Assembly: GCA_049317525.1 (NCBI GenBank)
Contig: JBMOIC010000013.1
Coordinates: 2,014-66,013 of the forward strand
Source: Bacteroidota bacterium
GTDB lineage: Bacteria; Bacteroidota; Ignavibacteria; Kapaibacteriales; UBA961
Reading direction: 5' to 3'
Length of the DNA: 64,000 nt
Shown: one piece after another, positions 43,228 through 54,560 of the stretch
Position numbering within the stretch: position 1 is the stretch's first letter
How the letters are laid out: each line of letters begins with the position of its first letter
Position numbers and translations under genes: made by a program
Notes under the pieces: generated by a model
Databases searched by the model: none
What the model saw: the letters and a program-made list of their open reading frames with translations, nothing else
What the model was told of the DNA's origin: nothing

Positions 43228-43932
43228 CTACTTTTTACTTTTAGGTGCCTTTTCTTCTGTCTTATTTGTGGTTTTATGTGATTCTATAATGGTAATATCA
43301 GGGGGAATCGTAAAAACAGAATTATCGATAATTTTATTCTCCTCAAATTTTACAGCATATGTTTCCATTGGAATACCTGCTGTTAATGCTTCACTTTTTA
43401 ATAAGATATTATTCCACACAGAATATGTTCCAAGTAATGGCAAAGTTGGATGTTGTAAAGACCAAACATCACATACATAGCCCAGAACTGTGTCTTTGTC
43501 TAGCGTTTTCTTTAAACCAATCGATTGAGATATTGAATCACTTAAAGTATTAAAATTAATACCTCCAGCATCTATATAAGAGCCTAAAGACATCTTTTTG
43601 GCGGTCCCTTCTTCCATATCGATAGATATCAATGTACCTTCTACAATGATACTTTTAGTATGTACTTTCAGCTTTAATCCTTCTTCTGCAACTCTATACC
43701 CAATAGACTCAGTTACTTCTTTTTTGCCATAATCATCAAATAATACTGTGATTTTTGTGCGCATTCCTTGCATTTCTGAAAAAAGAAGAATTTCTCCTGA
43801 TTTAATAGTGTATTTATTTTTTACAGTTTGTGATGCAATGTCTTTCTTTTGTTTTTTGCTGAGCTTTTGAGAATATGTATTATGAAATACAAGAAAAAGA
43901 AATGCAAAACACATGATGAGGTAATTCTTCAT
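43228..43932 (-). CDS. Secreted hypothetical protein (DUF4412-like)
   Basis: Signal peptide; FDDYG, TVLGYVCDVW, FTIP motifs. Confidence 0.55.
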   Translation of the reverse strand: MKNYLIMCFAFLFLVFHNTYSQKLSKKQKKDIASQTVKNKYTIKSGEILLFSEMQGMRTKITVLFDDYGKKEVTESIGYRVAEEGLKLKVHTKSIIVEGTLISIDMEEGTAKKMSLGSYIDAGGINFNTLSDSISQSIGLKKTLDKDTVLGYVCDVWSLQHPTLPLLGTYSVWNNILLKSEALTAGIPMETYAVKFEENKIIDNSVFTIPPDITIIESHKTTNKTEEKAPKSKK

Positions 43933-43953
43933 AAGTATTTGTTTTTTATTGGT

Positions 43954-44718
43954 TTACTTTGATGTATTAAAAATTAATTCTGGCCGATATTCAAAATGCA
44001 TAGTATCATAATGATACCATTTACCACCCCAAATAAATCCATGTTTTTCAAATATCTGCACTAATTTTAAAGGTATAGAATTTTTATACTTTACATGAGC
44101 ATCTTCATTTGTGCAATCACAATCCCATTGCCAATAATGAGAAAAAGATGTATTAATGTCAATTGTCATTCCAAAACTATGCATACTAATTCTTTTGGTA
44201 CCTGCAATATTTCTCCAATTGAATGTACCACCAATATTTTTAATATACTTTGCAAATTCTGGATGCTTATCGATATCTGCCGATAGCTGTTTCACTTTTT
44301 CTGCTATTCCATTTACATTGGTAATTCTTATGGTTTGTCCGGCAATTTTTGGACACCATGCGATACTTTTTAAATTTTTTCTTACGGATTCTTTATTTGA
44401 ACCATATATTTTTTTAAAAAACTCTTCATTTCTTATTCTACCTGGATCGAAGTTTTTTTGTAATGGTTTAAAAGAAGTATCGGTACTATATGCATATGTA
44501 AATTGGTCTTCTAAATCTGGATTTTCTAATAATTCTTTAACAGATTTCTTTTTTCCATCATCGTATAGTAAACTTGAACCATCGTTAAATATAATTCTAT
44601 TGTTTTCATAAGTTTTAATCTGCGGATAATTATCAATTAATGCTTTAGCACCTTTGGGAATTTCTTCTGATTTACATATAAAAGTAAAGCTACATAAGCA
44701 GAAAAGTAATGTTTTCAT
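43954..44718 (-). CDS. M15-family cell-wall metallopeptidase
   Basis: RISMHSFGMTIDIN, GFIWGGKW, DTMHFEY. Confidence 0.88.
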   Translation of the reverse strand: MKTLLFCLCSFTFICKSEEIPKGAKALIDNYPQIKTYENNRIIFNDGSSLLYDDGKKKSVKELLENPDLEDQFTYAYSTDTSFKPLQKNFDPGRIRNEEFFKKIYGSNKESVRKNLKSIAWCPKIAGQTIRITNVNGIAEKVKQLSADIDKHPEFAKYIKNIGGTFNWRNIAGTKRISMHSFGMTIDINTSFSHYWQWDCDCTNEDAHVKYKNSIPLKLVQIFEKHGFIWGGKWYHYDTMHFEYRPELIFNTSK

Positions 44719-44730
44719 AGATTCCCTTGA

Positions 44731-46812
44731 TTATTTCATTTGAAGGCGACTCATAATATAGCGCCAATAAAAAGCTTGATCTTCAATCATTTGGGCCATA
44801 GATTTTCCAGAACCATGTCCACTATCATAATCTACATATAGCATAATAGGACTTTTCTGTTCAGGTTTTTGCTGTGCCAAAGCAACAAATTTCTTTCCAT
44901 GTAATGGGTCAACTCTGGAGTCATTTTCTCCAACTGTAACTAACATTTCTGGCAATGGAACTCCATGTTTCATAGAATGATATGGTGAATAGCTTAAAAG
45001 ATTGCCAAAATCTTCTTGTTTTTCGGGATCTCCATATTCAGGAATCCAGAATCTGGCTATTTGAAATTTATGATATCGTAGCATATCTAATAATGGAACT
45101 TGGCAAATGATTGCTCGATATAAATCAGGCCTTTGCGTAGCAATAGCCCCCATAAGAAGTCCACCATTAGAGCCACCACGCGCAACAATTTTAGATGGAT
45201 TAGTATATTTATTCTTTATTAACCATTCTGTTGCAGCAATAAAATCATCGAATGTATGCTGTTTCTTTTTTAACATTCCATCTTGATGCCAGCTTTCTCC
45301 ATATTCATTTCCGCCCCTTAAACCAGTACTTACCCAAATGCCTCCTCTTTTTAAAAAAGATGCATTATAACCAACAAATGAGGGTGATATACCGATATTA
45401 AAACCACCATAACCTGTAATTAGTACGGGATTATTTCCATCTAATTGTAAGTCTTTTTTATGGACAATAAACATAGGAATACGCTTATTATCTTTAGACT
45501 CATAAAAATGTATATCTGCAGTAATATCAGAAAGATCTACTGGTACGGATTCTTGATAATAGAATGTCCAATTAAGTGAATTTCCATCCACTTTATACAT
45601 TTTAGCTGGCGCAGTAAAAGTTGAAATAGTTATATATAATAGATTTTTATCTCTATCATAACTCATTGCAGATACATTGCCGAATTCAGGTAATTCTAGT
45701 TCTTTATGATAATTTCCTTGTAAATCATATACTTTCAGTCTTGTCATGATATCTTTTTTATCTTGAACGATTATCCATGAATTTGTAATCTCGAATCCAT
45801 CTATAACAGTTTCTCCTTCAGGAATCAAAGTAGTTGCTGTAGCAAATTCTGGACTATTCACATTGGATTTCATCACTTTAAAATTGGGTGCATGATCATT
45901 TGTCATCCAATAAATATCATTATTCCTAAATTCAGGATATGCTTTATATTCTTTACTTGAATAAATTATTTTAGGATTTTCATTACTCTGAATAGTTCGA
46001 AACTTAATTGTATTTGTATAAAAATCGCCTTCTCCCCATACTTGAAAATCTTCATATTCTGTTTCATAAATCCAAGCAGAGATCTTAGCATCGGAAGGTT
46101 CAACAAGTTTTTGCGCAGATGCGGGGTTTTGTCCTATAGTATGAAGATATACTGCTAATGGACTTTGTTTATCGATTAACTCTTTTGTTCTAGGGGTAAT
46201 AAAAGCTTTTGATTCATCTTTTGCCCAAGAAAATGATCCAATACCAGATAAAGTTTCCCCTATTTGTTTTCCCGTTTTTGTATCTATAATTCTAATATCT
46301 GTAATTTCTGCACCCTTACTTTGAGTACCAATAGCTGCCTTTGAAGCATTTTTATTATAGGTTATAGATGTAATTGAAGTTTTGCCTGATGGATCTAATA
46401 GCACAGGATCAAAAATCTTAATCTCTTCGCCATTAAATATCGTATATAATGAAAACTGTAATTCACCTTTTTTCTTTTTGGAGATAAATTCTCTGTCTTT
46501 TTTTAATCTTGGCGGAGAAGACATTTCCCTATCAAATAATGCTTTGATTTCTTCATCGAGTCCAGGGATATCAGGCGCTGTTTTTTTTATAAAATCTACT
46601 GTTGCATCATGCTGTTTACGTGTCCAATCAATCACATCAGTTTGATTTTTATCTTCTAGCCACCTAAAATGGTCTGTTAATTCAATTCCATGAATGTATT
46701 CTTTAACCGTATTTTTTGTTGTTGGTATAACCGTAAATTCTTGAGCATGTGAATTCATAATAAAAAAGATATGTTCTAAAAGAAACCAGACTAAAATAAT
46801 TATTGTTTTCAT
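44731..46812 (-). CDS. Prolyl oligopeptidase (S9A)
   Basis: GYGGFN, GGSNGGLL, DSRV, GHG triad motifs; signal peptide. Confidence 0.93.
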   Translation of the reverse strand: MKTIIILVWFLLEHIFFIMNSHAQEFTVIPTTKNTVKEYIHGIELTDHFRWLEDKNQTDVIDWTRKQHDATVDFIKKTAPDIPGLDEEIKALFDREMSSPPRLKKDREFISKKKKGELQFSLYTIFNGEEIKIFDPVLLDPSGKTSITSITYNKNASKAAIGTQSKGAEITDIRIIDTKTGKQIGETLSGIGSFSWAKDESKAFITPRTKELIDKQSPLAVYLHTIGQNPASAQKLVEPSDAKISAWIYETEYEDFQVWGEGDFYTNTIKFRTIQSNENPKIIYSSKEYKAYPEFRNNDIYWMTNDHAPNFKVMKSNVNSPEFATATTLIPEGETVIDGFEITNSWIIVQDKKDIMTRLKVYDLQGNYHKELELPEFGNVSAMSYDRDKNLLYITISTFTAPAKMYKVDGNSLNWTFYYQESVPVDLSDITADIHFYESKDNKRIPMFIVHKKDLQLDGNNPVLITGYGGFNIGISPSFVGYNASFLKRGGIWVSTGLRGGNEYGESWHQDGMLKKKQHTFDDFIAATEWLIKNKYTNPSKIVARGGSNGGLLMGAIATQRPDLYRAIICQVPLLDMLRYHKFQIARFWIPEYGDPEKQEDFGNLLSYSPYHSMKHGVPLPEMLVTVGENDSRVDPLHGKKFVALAQQKPEQKSPIMLYVDYDSGHGSGKSMAQMIEDQAFYWRYIMSRLQMK

Positions 46813-46910
46813 GTATATGTTCCATAATGAATATGTAAAAATACTGATTTCCTTATTGTTTACAGGTACATTCCTTAGAGAATAAGGTAAATTCAGGCAC
46901 TATAATTATG

Positions 46911-46918
46911 TATTTTTG
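46911..46918 (+). promoter_or_regulatory. -7 promoter box upstream of metH
   Basis: TATTTTTG ending 30 nt before the ATG. Confidence 0.55.
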
Positions 46919-46948
46919 CATCAACTTTGAATATTAAAAGCATAAAAC

Positions 46949-49738
46949 ATGACAAGTTTCGAACAACTCACACAATTATTACAAAAAAGAATATTGATCA
47001 TCGATGGGGCGATGGGAACAATGATTCAGCAACATTCTCTAGAAGAATCTGATTTTAGAGGTGAACAATCTCCAGATCTTGCATACCATTCTTTGTTATG
47101 TAATCATCAACATGATATAAGGGGAAATAATGATGTCTTGGTTTTATCGCAGCCTAACATTATTCAAGATATACACAGAGAATATTTAGCCGCTGGTGCA
47201 GACATTATTGAAACCAATACATTTAGTTCTACTTCTATTGCTCAAGCAGATTATGGACTAGAATCTTTAGCCTATTCATTAAATAAGCAAGCTGCAATAC
47301 TCGCAAAACAAGCTTGCATAGAATATTCAACTACCGAGAAGCCCCGATTTGCAGCTGGTGCAATTGGGCCTATGAATAAGTCTTTATCATTATCGCCAGA
47401 TGTAAATAATCCTGGTTATAGAGCCACCACTTGGAAAGAAGTTGTGGATTCCTATATTGAACAATTACATGGATTATTAGACGGTAATATTGATATCATT
47501 TTAATCGAAACCATTTTTGATACTCTTAATTGTAAAGCTGCTATTTATGCAGTAAACACAGTATTTGAAGAAAGGGGAATTTCTTTGCCCGTTATGTTAT
47601 CTGGAACCATCGTAGATATGAGTGGCAGAACATTATCTGGGCAGACAACAGAAGCATTTTGGAATTCTGTAAAACATTGTCCTAATTTATTATCAATTGG
47701 CTTAAACTGTGCTTTGGGCGCTCAGCAGATGCGTCCTTTTTTAGAGGAATTATCTCGTATAGCTACATGCTTTGTAAGTGTATATCCTAATGCAGGTTTA
47801 CCCAATGAAATGGGTGGTTATGATGAAAGCCCAGAATCTATGGCATCTGTACTTAAAGAATTTGGAGAGGCAGGCTTTTTTAATCTAGTTGGCGGTTGCT
47901 GTGGTACAACACCACAACATATTAAGGCAATTGCAGATTCTGTTCATTCAATTATTCCTAGAAGTATTCCAGAAAGAACTACCTTATTGCGCTTAGCAGG
48001 CATGGAACCTTTTGAATATAGACCAGATACCAATTTCGTAAATATAGGCGAAAGAACAAATGTAACTGGGTCTACTAAATTTGCTAAACTGATTAGAGAA
48101 AATAAATACGAAGAAGCATTAAGCATTGCCAGACAGCAAGTTGAAGCTGGTGCGCAAATCATTGATATTAATATGGATGAGGGAATGTTAGATTCAGAAA
48201 ATGCTATGAAAGTATTTCTGAATTTGATTGCTAGCGAGCCTGATATTGCTAGAGTTCCTATTATGATAGACTCCTCAAAATGGTCTATTATAGAAGCGGG
48301 TTTGCAATGCGTTCAGGGAAAATCTATTGTTAATTCTATTTCCATGAAAGAAGGCGAGGAACAGTTTCTTTATCTAGCAAAACAAATTAAAAAGTATGGA
48401 GCTGCTGTAATTGTAATGGCTTTTGATGAACAAGGCCAAGCAGATACATATCAAAGAAAAATTGATATTTGTTCCAGAGCATATACTTTATTAACAGAGC
48501 ATGTTCATTTTCCAGCAGAAGATATCATTTTCGACCCCAATATCTTTGCAATAGCAACTGGTATTAATGAACATAATAATTATGCTGTTGATTTTATTCG
48601 AGCAACAGAATATATAAAGCAGAATCTACCTGGAGCAAAAGTTTCTGGCGGTATTTCTAATTTATCTTTCAGTTTTAGAGGGAATGAACCTGTAAGACGC
48701 GCCATGCATACTGCATTTCTGTATCATGCAATTAAAGCTGGAATGGATATGGGAATCGTAAATGCTGGGCAAATTGATATTTACGATGAAATCCCCAAAG
48801 ATTTACTATTGCTTGTTGAAGATGTTATCTTAAATAGAAATGAACAGGCAACCGAGAAATTAATTGACTATGCAGAACAGTTAAAATTAACAGGTACTTC
48901 AAAAGATACCCAATCAATACAATCTGATTTGTGGAGATCTTTACCAATTGAAGAGCGTCTAAAACATGCCTTAGTTAAAGGCATAGACGCATTTATTGAT
49001 CAAGATTCCGAAGAAGCTAGAATTGCATTAGCATCCCCATTAGCAGTAATCGAAGGCCCATTAATGGATGGAATGAATCTTGTAGGAGAATTATTTGGTG
49101 CAGGTAAAATGTTTTTACCTCAAGTAGTTAAGTCTGCAAGGGTTATGAAAAAATCAGTAGCATATTTAACACCATTTATGGAAGAAGAAAAAGCAGCAAG
49201 TGGCTTAGTTTCTAAACCAAATGGAACAATTATCATGGCAACAGTAAAAGGTGATGTTCATGATATTGGAAAAAATATAGTAGGTGTGGTTTTAGGATGT
49301 AATAATTATGAAGTAATAGATCTTGGTGTAATGGTACCTGCAGATAAAATTTTAGATGCAGCCCTACTTCACAATGCAGATATTATAGGATTATCCGGCT
49401 TAATAACACCTTCTTTAGATGAAATGGTGCATGTAGCAAAAGAAATGGAAAGACGGAATATTCGGATTCCTTTATTGATAGGTGGGGCAACAACTTCTAG
49501 AGTGCATACAGCAGTAAAAATATCCCCTCAATCTAGTGGAATAATTGTTCATGTTTTAGATGCATCAAGGGCAGTTCCTGTAGCGGGAAATCTGATTTCA
49601 CAAGAACATAATCCATCATTTACAAAAGAAATTCAAACGGAATATGAACAAGTTAGAAAAGATTATGAATTTCGAACACAGGCAAAAAATACAATATCAT
49701 TAGAAAAAGCAAGAAACAATAAATTGCAATTATGGTAG
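46949..49738 (+). CDS. metH: Cobalamin-dependent methionine synthase: homocysteine, folate and B12 domains, lacking the activation domain
   Basis: [45 protein letters not shown]; ends at ARNNKLQLW. Confidence 0.96.
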   Translation: MTSFEQLTQLLQKRILIIDGAMGTMIQQHSLEESDFRGEQSPDLAYHSLLCNHQHDIRGNNDVLVLSQPNIIQDIHREYLAAGADIIETNTFSSTSIAQADYGLESLAYSLNKQAAILAKQACIEYSTTEKPRFAAGAIGPMNKSLSLSPDVNNPGYRATTWKEVVDSYIEQLHGLLDGNIDIILIETIFDTLNCKAAIYAVNTVFEERGISLPVMLSGTIVDMSGRTLSGQTTEAFWNSVKHCPNLLSIGLNCALGAQQMRPFLEELSRIATCFVSVYPNAGLPNEMGGYDESPESMASVLKEFGEAGFFNLVGGCCGTTPQHIKAIADSVHSIIPRSIPERTTLLRLAGMEPFEYRPDTNFVNIGERTNVTGSTKFAKLIRENKYEEALSIARQQVEAGAQIIDINMDEGMLDSENAMKVFLNLIASEPDIARVPIMIDSSKWSIIEAGLQCVQGKSIVNSISMKEGEEQFLYLAKQIKKYGAAVIVMAFDEQGQADTYQRKIDICSRAYTLLTEHVHFPAEDIIFDPNIFAIATGINEHNNYAVDFIRATEYIKQNLPGAKVSGGISNLSFSFRGNEPVRRAMHTAFLYHAIKAGMDMGIVNAGQIDIYDEIPKDLLLLVEDVILNRNEQATEKLIDYAEQLKLTGTSKDTQSIQSDLWRSLPIEERLKHALVKGIDAFIDQDSEEARIALASPLAVIEGPLMDGMNLVGELFGAGKMFLPQVVKSARVMKKSVAYLTPFMEEEKAASGLVSKPNGTIIMATVKGDVHDIGKNIVGVVLGCNNYEVIDLGVMVPADKILDAALLHNADIIGLSGLITPSLDEMVHVAKEMERRNIRIPLLIGGATTSRVHTAVKISPQSSGIIVHVLDASRAVPVAGNLISQEHNPSFTKEIQTEYEQVRKDYEFRTQAKNTISLEKARNNKLQLW

Positions 49739-49823
49739 ATAACTTTATACAAATTATACACTTATCTTATAATCGCAACAATTAATAATTTGTCATTTGT
49801 CACGTTGACTGACAGTTATTCCC

Positions 49824-49831
49824 TATTTTTG
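49824..49831 (+). promoter_or_regulatory. -7 promoter box for the DEAD-box helicase
   Basis: TATTTTTG followed by a ~130-nt leader. Confidence 0.55.
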
Positions 49832-49963
49832 TAATTGCGCTCCATTGCTTTGTGAAAAACTCAGAAATCGTTAAAGGCATATGCCTGCAGTTTTCACTCC
49901 TCATGATATCCGCCTAGCTATTGCAGCGCCTACGATTTTTATCCATCGTCCACAAAGGAACGA

Positions 49964-51460
49964 ATGAATTTTTCTGAAATAGCTTTGAGCCCTGAAATAC
50001 AGAAGGCCATCGAAGCTGAAGGATATACACAGCCTACACCAATACAGGCTAAAGCTATACCCGAAGTATTAAACGGTCGAGATCTGATTGGATGTGCACA
50101 GACAGGAACCGGAAAAACAGCAGCATTTGCACTCCCAATTTTAGAATTGCTTTTATTAGATCAACCTGTTCATAAAGTTCATCATAAAGGTGATAAACAG
50201 AAACGCTCTAATACGCCGATAAGAGCTTTAGTCTTATCTCCAACTCGTGAATTAGCCCAGCAAATAGGTGATAGTTTTGATTCTTATGGAAGATATACTG
50301 GCCTTAAAAGCACTATAATTTACGGTGGTGTTTCACAGGGTAAACAAATGCAAGCATTACGCTATGGTGTAGATATTTTGGTAGCTACTCCTGGGCGTCT
50401 TCTTGACTTGATGAATCAACGTATAGTTTCATTAAATGAAGTTGAAATTGTTGTCCTTGATGAAGCAGACCACATGCTGGATATGGGATTTATCATCGAT
50501 ATAAAAAAGATTCTATCTACTTTGCCTGAAAAAAGACAATCTTTACTCTTTAGTGCAACCATGCCTTCTGAAATCGTAAAGCTTGCCCAACAGATGCTTA
50601 AAGATCCCGTGAAAATTCAAGTTGCGGCGGTTTCTGCTGCAGCCGATCCAGTTGAACAACAAGTATATTTTATTGATAGAAAATATAAAACTGCATTATT
50701 ATTAAGAATGCTAGATACTTTACCAATGACTTCTGTTTTAGTATTTTCTAGAACAAAGCATGGTGCAGATAGATTAACAAAAGAATTAAATAAGTCTGGT
50801 GTTCCTGCAGAAGCAATTCATGGAGATAAAGCCCAAACTGCACGCCAAAGAGCTCTTAATAGATTTAAAGAAAGACGCTCTAGAGTTTTGGTAGCTACCG
50901 ATATTGCAGCACGTGGAATTGATGTTGAAGAATTACCATATGTTGTAAATTATGATATGCCAGATGCAGCCGAAACATATGTACACAGAATAGGCCGTAC
51001 AGGACGTGCTGGACAAAAAGGTACAGCGATTTCTTTTTGTGCAAATGATGAACGCGATACATTAAGACATATCAAAAGGATTGTTGGTAATAATGCTATT
51101 ACTGTAAAAACTCCTGAGTCTCTACCAGCTTGGACACCTAGAGATCCTTCTGATTATCCAGAACCTAAGGTGCTTAAAGCAGGTAAACATGAGTTTATTC
51201 CTGCTTTTCACACTCCAATTAAACCTTTAAGTAAAGCTGGGTCTGCTGTGCAATCAATTCTTAAAGATACTTCTAGTAATAAGAAGTCAAAAAATGTACA
51301 TGAAGATTCTTATGATATCGAGCAATTAATCAGTAAGAAAGAAAAAAAATCACTTTCTGATTCTGAATCTGTTGCTTTAAAGTTAAAAGCCGAAGGTGTA
51401 GATTATAGTATTATTATCCGAGCAACCGGAATTAGCAAAGAAGCGCTGATTAAATTATAA
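49964..51460 (+). CDS. DEAD-box RNA helicase (RhlE-like)
   Basis: Q motif, AQTGTGKT, PTRELA, TPGRL, DEAD, SAT, ARGID, HRIGRTGR. Confidence 0.95.
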   Translation: MNFSEIALSPEIQKAIEAEGYTQPTPIQAKAIPEVLNGRDLIGCAQTGTGKTAAFALPILELLLLDQPVHKVHHKGDKQKRSNTPIRALVLSPTRELAQQIGDSFDSYGRYTGLKSTIIYGGVSQGKQMQALRYGVDILVATPGRLLDLMNQRIVSLNEVEIVVLDEADHMLDMGFIIDIKKILSTLPEKRQSLLFSATMPSEIVKLAQQMLKDPVKIQVAAVSAAADPVEQQVYFIDRKYKTALLLRMLDTLPMTSVLVFSRTKHGADRLTKELNKSGVPAEAIHGDKAQTARQRALNRFKERRSRVLVATDIAARGIDVEELPYVVNYDMPDAAETYVHRIGRTGRAGQKGTAISFCANDERDTLRHIKRIVGNNAITVKTPESLPAWTPRDPSDYPEPKVLKAGKHEFIPAFHTPIKPLSKAGSAVQSILKDTSSNKKSKNVHEDSYDIEQLISKKEKKSLSDSESVALKLKAEGVDYSIIIRATGISKEALIKL

Positions 51461-51487
51461 TCTTGCATTATCTGTTTAACATTCATT

Positions 51488-51524
51488 ATCCCCAATCAAA
51501 TATATTTTTTTGGGGATTTTTTTT
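51488..51524 (+). terminator. Probable intrinsic terminator after the helicase
   Basis: ATCCCCAA...TTGGGGAT followed by a T run. Confidence 0.65.
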
Positions 51525-51611
51525 GCTATAACTTCTATCCACTATTAACTCAACTCGTACGTCCACCAATCGTTATTATTAGCAAAGCCTTCATCACTCT
51601 CTTTTTTTAAT

Positions 51612-54545
51612 ATGTTATATAAATTCAACGTTTTTATTATACTTTGTTTAACTACATATAGTATCGCATTTTCACAATCTGGTAATACCGTCAGAGGGGT
51701 AATTATAGATAGTACTTCCAAAGTTGCAATTGCTGGGGTAAGAGCTCAACTTTTGAAGCAATCAGACGATAGCTTTGTATCCGGTGCAATTAGTGATCGT
51801 TCTGGTATTTTTTTACTTAAAAATATCCCTTCAGGACAATATACTCTTCTTGTTCAATCTATTGGTTATGCCAAGTACAACAAAAACTTAAATATTTCTA
51901 GTAATAATGACACTGTCAAAATCGGCACAATACGATTGGGGACTTTAGGTTATTTAACTGATGAAGTTGAAGTTACCGCAATTGCAAATCGAGTAGAACT
52001 AAAGGGTGATACTACAGAATTTAGTGCTAATAGTTTCAAAACAGATAAAAATGCTACTGCTGAAGATTTGGTGAGAAAACTTCCTGGAATGGAAGTTGAT
52101 GCAAGTGGAACCGTAAAATCTCAAGGAGAGCAAGTTCGAAGGGTTCTAGTAGATGGAAAACCATTCTTTGGAACAGACCCAAGCGCTGCTCTTAAAAATT
52201 TACCTGCAGAGGTTATCGATAAAGTGCAAAGTTTTGATGCAATGAGCGATCAATCTGCATTTACCAAGTTTGACGATGGAGATAGAACAAAAACACTTAA
52301 CATTGTAATGAAAGCAGATAAGAAAAATGGACAGTTTGGCAAACTATATGCTGGGTATGGAAATCAAGAAAGATATACTGTGGGTGGCAATGTAAATTTT
52401 TTTAATGGTGATAGAAGAATTTCTGTGATTGCTATGAGTAATAATATCAATCAACAGAACTTTTCTATTCAAGATATATTAGGTGCAGTTGGCGGTGGAA
52501 ATAATCCAATGATGCAAAGAATGGGAAGTATGATGCGAGCTTTTGGTGGTAGTTCTGGCGGCTCTAGAATGGGTGGAATGATGCGTGGAATGGGCGGTGG
52601 AGGAGGAGGTAGTAGTGTTGGAGATTTTCTTGTTGGACAAAGCGACGGAATAACTCAGGCGCATGCTATTGGTATTAATTATTCAGATTCTTGGGCAAAA
52701 GGCCTTAGTACTTCTGGTAGTTACTTTGTGAATTATAGCGATAATACTTCTAATCAAATTATTAATAGACTATATTTTTTGGGTGATACAACTACTCAAA
52801 ATAATGTTCAGAATAATATTAATCAGTCATTAACAGGAAATCATCGCTTTAATTTTAGGATGGATTATACAATTGATTCTATGAATTCTATTACGTTTCA
52901 ACCACAATTGTCTTTCCAAACAACTGAAAAAAAGTATAGCTCTGCAAATAATACTATTGATTCTTATAATCTACCCGTAAATAGTTCAAATACGCTTACA
53001 AACACTGATAATAATGGATATAATGGTAGTATGGATCTATCGTATCGTCATAGATTTATGACAGATGGTCGTACTGTATCTGCAACTGTCAAAATTGGAA
53101 GTAGTACAAATAATGGCTCTGGTAAAAACGATGCTATCAATCAATTTTATACAACTTTGCAACAAGCTTTTACCGATACATTAAAACAAGATATGCCAAC
53201 CGAAGGCAATGGCAAAAATGCTAATACTAATATAGTATATACCGAACCTATTCATAAAGATGGAATTCTTCAATTTGGATATTCATATGCTATCAATGAA
53301 AATACCAATGATAAGAAAATCTATGATTTTGATCCTATCACAGAATCGTATTCAATATTAAATACTCGACTTTCTAATAATTCTATAAGTACATATAGTA
53401 CTCAAAGACCAGGCATTACCTATAAGTATAATTTTGATCAGTTCACTAATTTGTCTATTGGTATTGATTATCAATCTGCCAAATTGACCGTTGATCAATC
53501 GTATCCTACTAGTTTTTCTGATACAAAAACGTTTAATAATATTCTGCCTTCTATCACCTATTCGATGCGTAATGGTTTTACAAGCAATACTCGTTTCAGT
53601 TATAGAGCCTCTACAAATCAACCTTCATTAAGCCAATTACAAAATGTAATTGATAATTCTGATCCTGTACGCTTAACTGTCGGAAATCCCAATCTTGTGC
53701 AAGAATACACTCATCAAATCAGCGGTAATTATGGCACCTTTAATATGATGAGCGGTACTGCTTTCTTTACAATGGTAAATGTTGGGATAACGAATAATAA
53801 AATCACAAATTCATCTTTTATCGCTTCTGGTGATACTATTTTACCTGGCGGAATTCGTTTAGGTAATGGGTCGCAATTAACCTCTCAGATCAATATCGAT
53901 GGGGCTTGGAATGCTAGTACATTTCTTACATATACTTTTCCTATCGAGCCAATTACTGGAGCAAAGCTAAATACTAGTTTTAATATTGGTGGTATTTTTT
54001 CTAGAACTCCTACTTTGATAAATGGAGCCAGAAATGAAGCTGATAATATTGCATTTACACCTTCATTAGCTTTTGCAAGTAATATTAGCGAGAATCTAGA
54101 CTTCTCCTTATCGTGGAGAACTGCCTATACAATTGTTCAGAATTCAATCAGAAGCGAATTAAATAATAATTATTCTATTCATAATCTGTTTGCTCGCTTG
54201 AACTATGTTTTTTGGGGCGGTTTTGTTCTCAATGGTGATTTTACATATACAATTAATAATGGACTTTCCGGAAATCTAAATACTACTATTCCATTATTAA
54301 GTTTAGGAATTGGTAAACGTTTTTGGAATGATGATGCTGAAATTAAAGTCTCAGTTTATGATGCTTTAAATCAAAATCAAAGTATTTCTAGAAATGTAGC
54401 TGCAAATTATATTGAAGACACAAAAACAAATGTATTACAAAGATATTTCTTATTGAATTTCACTTATAATTTACGGGCATTTAATGCAAGCAATACTAAA
54501 CCATCTGGTGGTGGTATGCCACCAATGCCTGTGCCAGGACATTAA
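51612..54545 (+). CDS. TonB-dependent receptor-like outer-membrane barrel with N-terminal carboxypeptidase-regulatory-like domain
   Basis: Signal peptide; KGDTTEF, EDLVRKLPG, LVDGKPFF plug motifs; VGNPNL; RYFLLNFTY. Confidence 0.85.
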   Translation: MLYKFNVFIILCLTTYSIAFSQSGNTVRGVIIDSTSKVAIAGVRAQLLKQSDDSFVSGAISDRSGIFLLKNIPSGQYTLLVQSIGYAKYNKNLNISSNNDTVKIGTIRLGTLGYLTDEVEVTAIANRVELKGDTTEFSANSFKTDKNATAEDLVRKLPGMEVDASGTVKSQGEQVRRVLVDGKPFFGTDPSAALKNLPAEVIDKVQSFDAMSDQSAFTKFDDGDRTKTLNIVMKADKKNGQFGKLYAGYGNQERYTVGGNVNFFNGDRRISVIAMSNNINQQNFSIQDILGAVGGGNNPMMQRMGSMMRAFGGSSGGSRMGGMMRGMGGGGGGSSVGDFLVGQSDGITQAHAIGINYSDSWAKGLSTSGSYFVNYSDNTSNQIINRLYFLGDTTTQNNVQNNINQSLTGNHRFNFRMDYTIDSMNSITFQPQLSFQTTEKKYSSANNTIDSYNLPVNSSNTLTNTDNNGYNGSMDLSYRHRFMTDGRTVSATVKIGSSTNNGSGKNDAINQFYTTLQQAFTDTLKQDMPTEGNGKNANTNIVYTEPIHKDGILQFGYSYAINENTNDKKIYDFDPITESYSILNTRLSNNSISTYSTQRPGITYKYNFDQFTNLSIGIDYQSAKLTVDQSYPTSFSDTKTFNNILPSITYSMRNGFTSNTRFSYRASTNQPSLSQLQNVIDNSDPVRLTVGNPNLVQEYTHQISGNYGTFNMMSGTAFFTMVNVGITNNKITNSSFIASGDTILPGGIRLGNGSQLTSQINIDGAWNASTFLTYTFPIEPITGAKLNTSFNIGGIFSRTPTLINGARNEADNIAFTPSLAFASNISENLDFSLSWRTAYTIVQNSIRSELNNNYSIHNLFARLNYVFWGGFVLNGDFTYTINNGLSGNLNTTIPLLSLGIGKRFWNDDAEIKVSVYDALNQNQSISRNVAANYIEDTKTNVLQRYFLLNFTYNLRAFNASNTKPSGGGMPPMPVPGH

Positions 54546-54560
54546 TTTTAGAGTGAATGC

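Noticed and set aside
46813-46948. SAM or cobalamin riboswitch upstream of metH
   Set aside because: The region is short and AT-rich, the promoter box is only 30 nt from the ATG, and I saw no riboswitch consensus.
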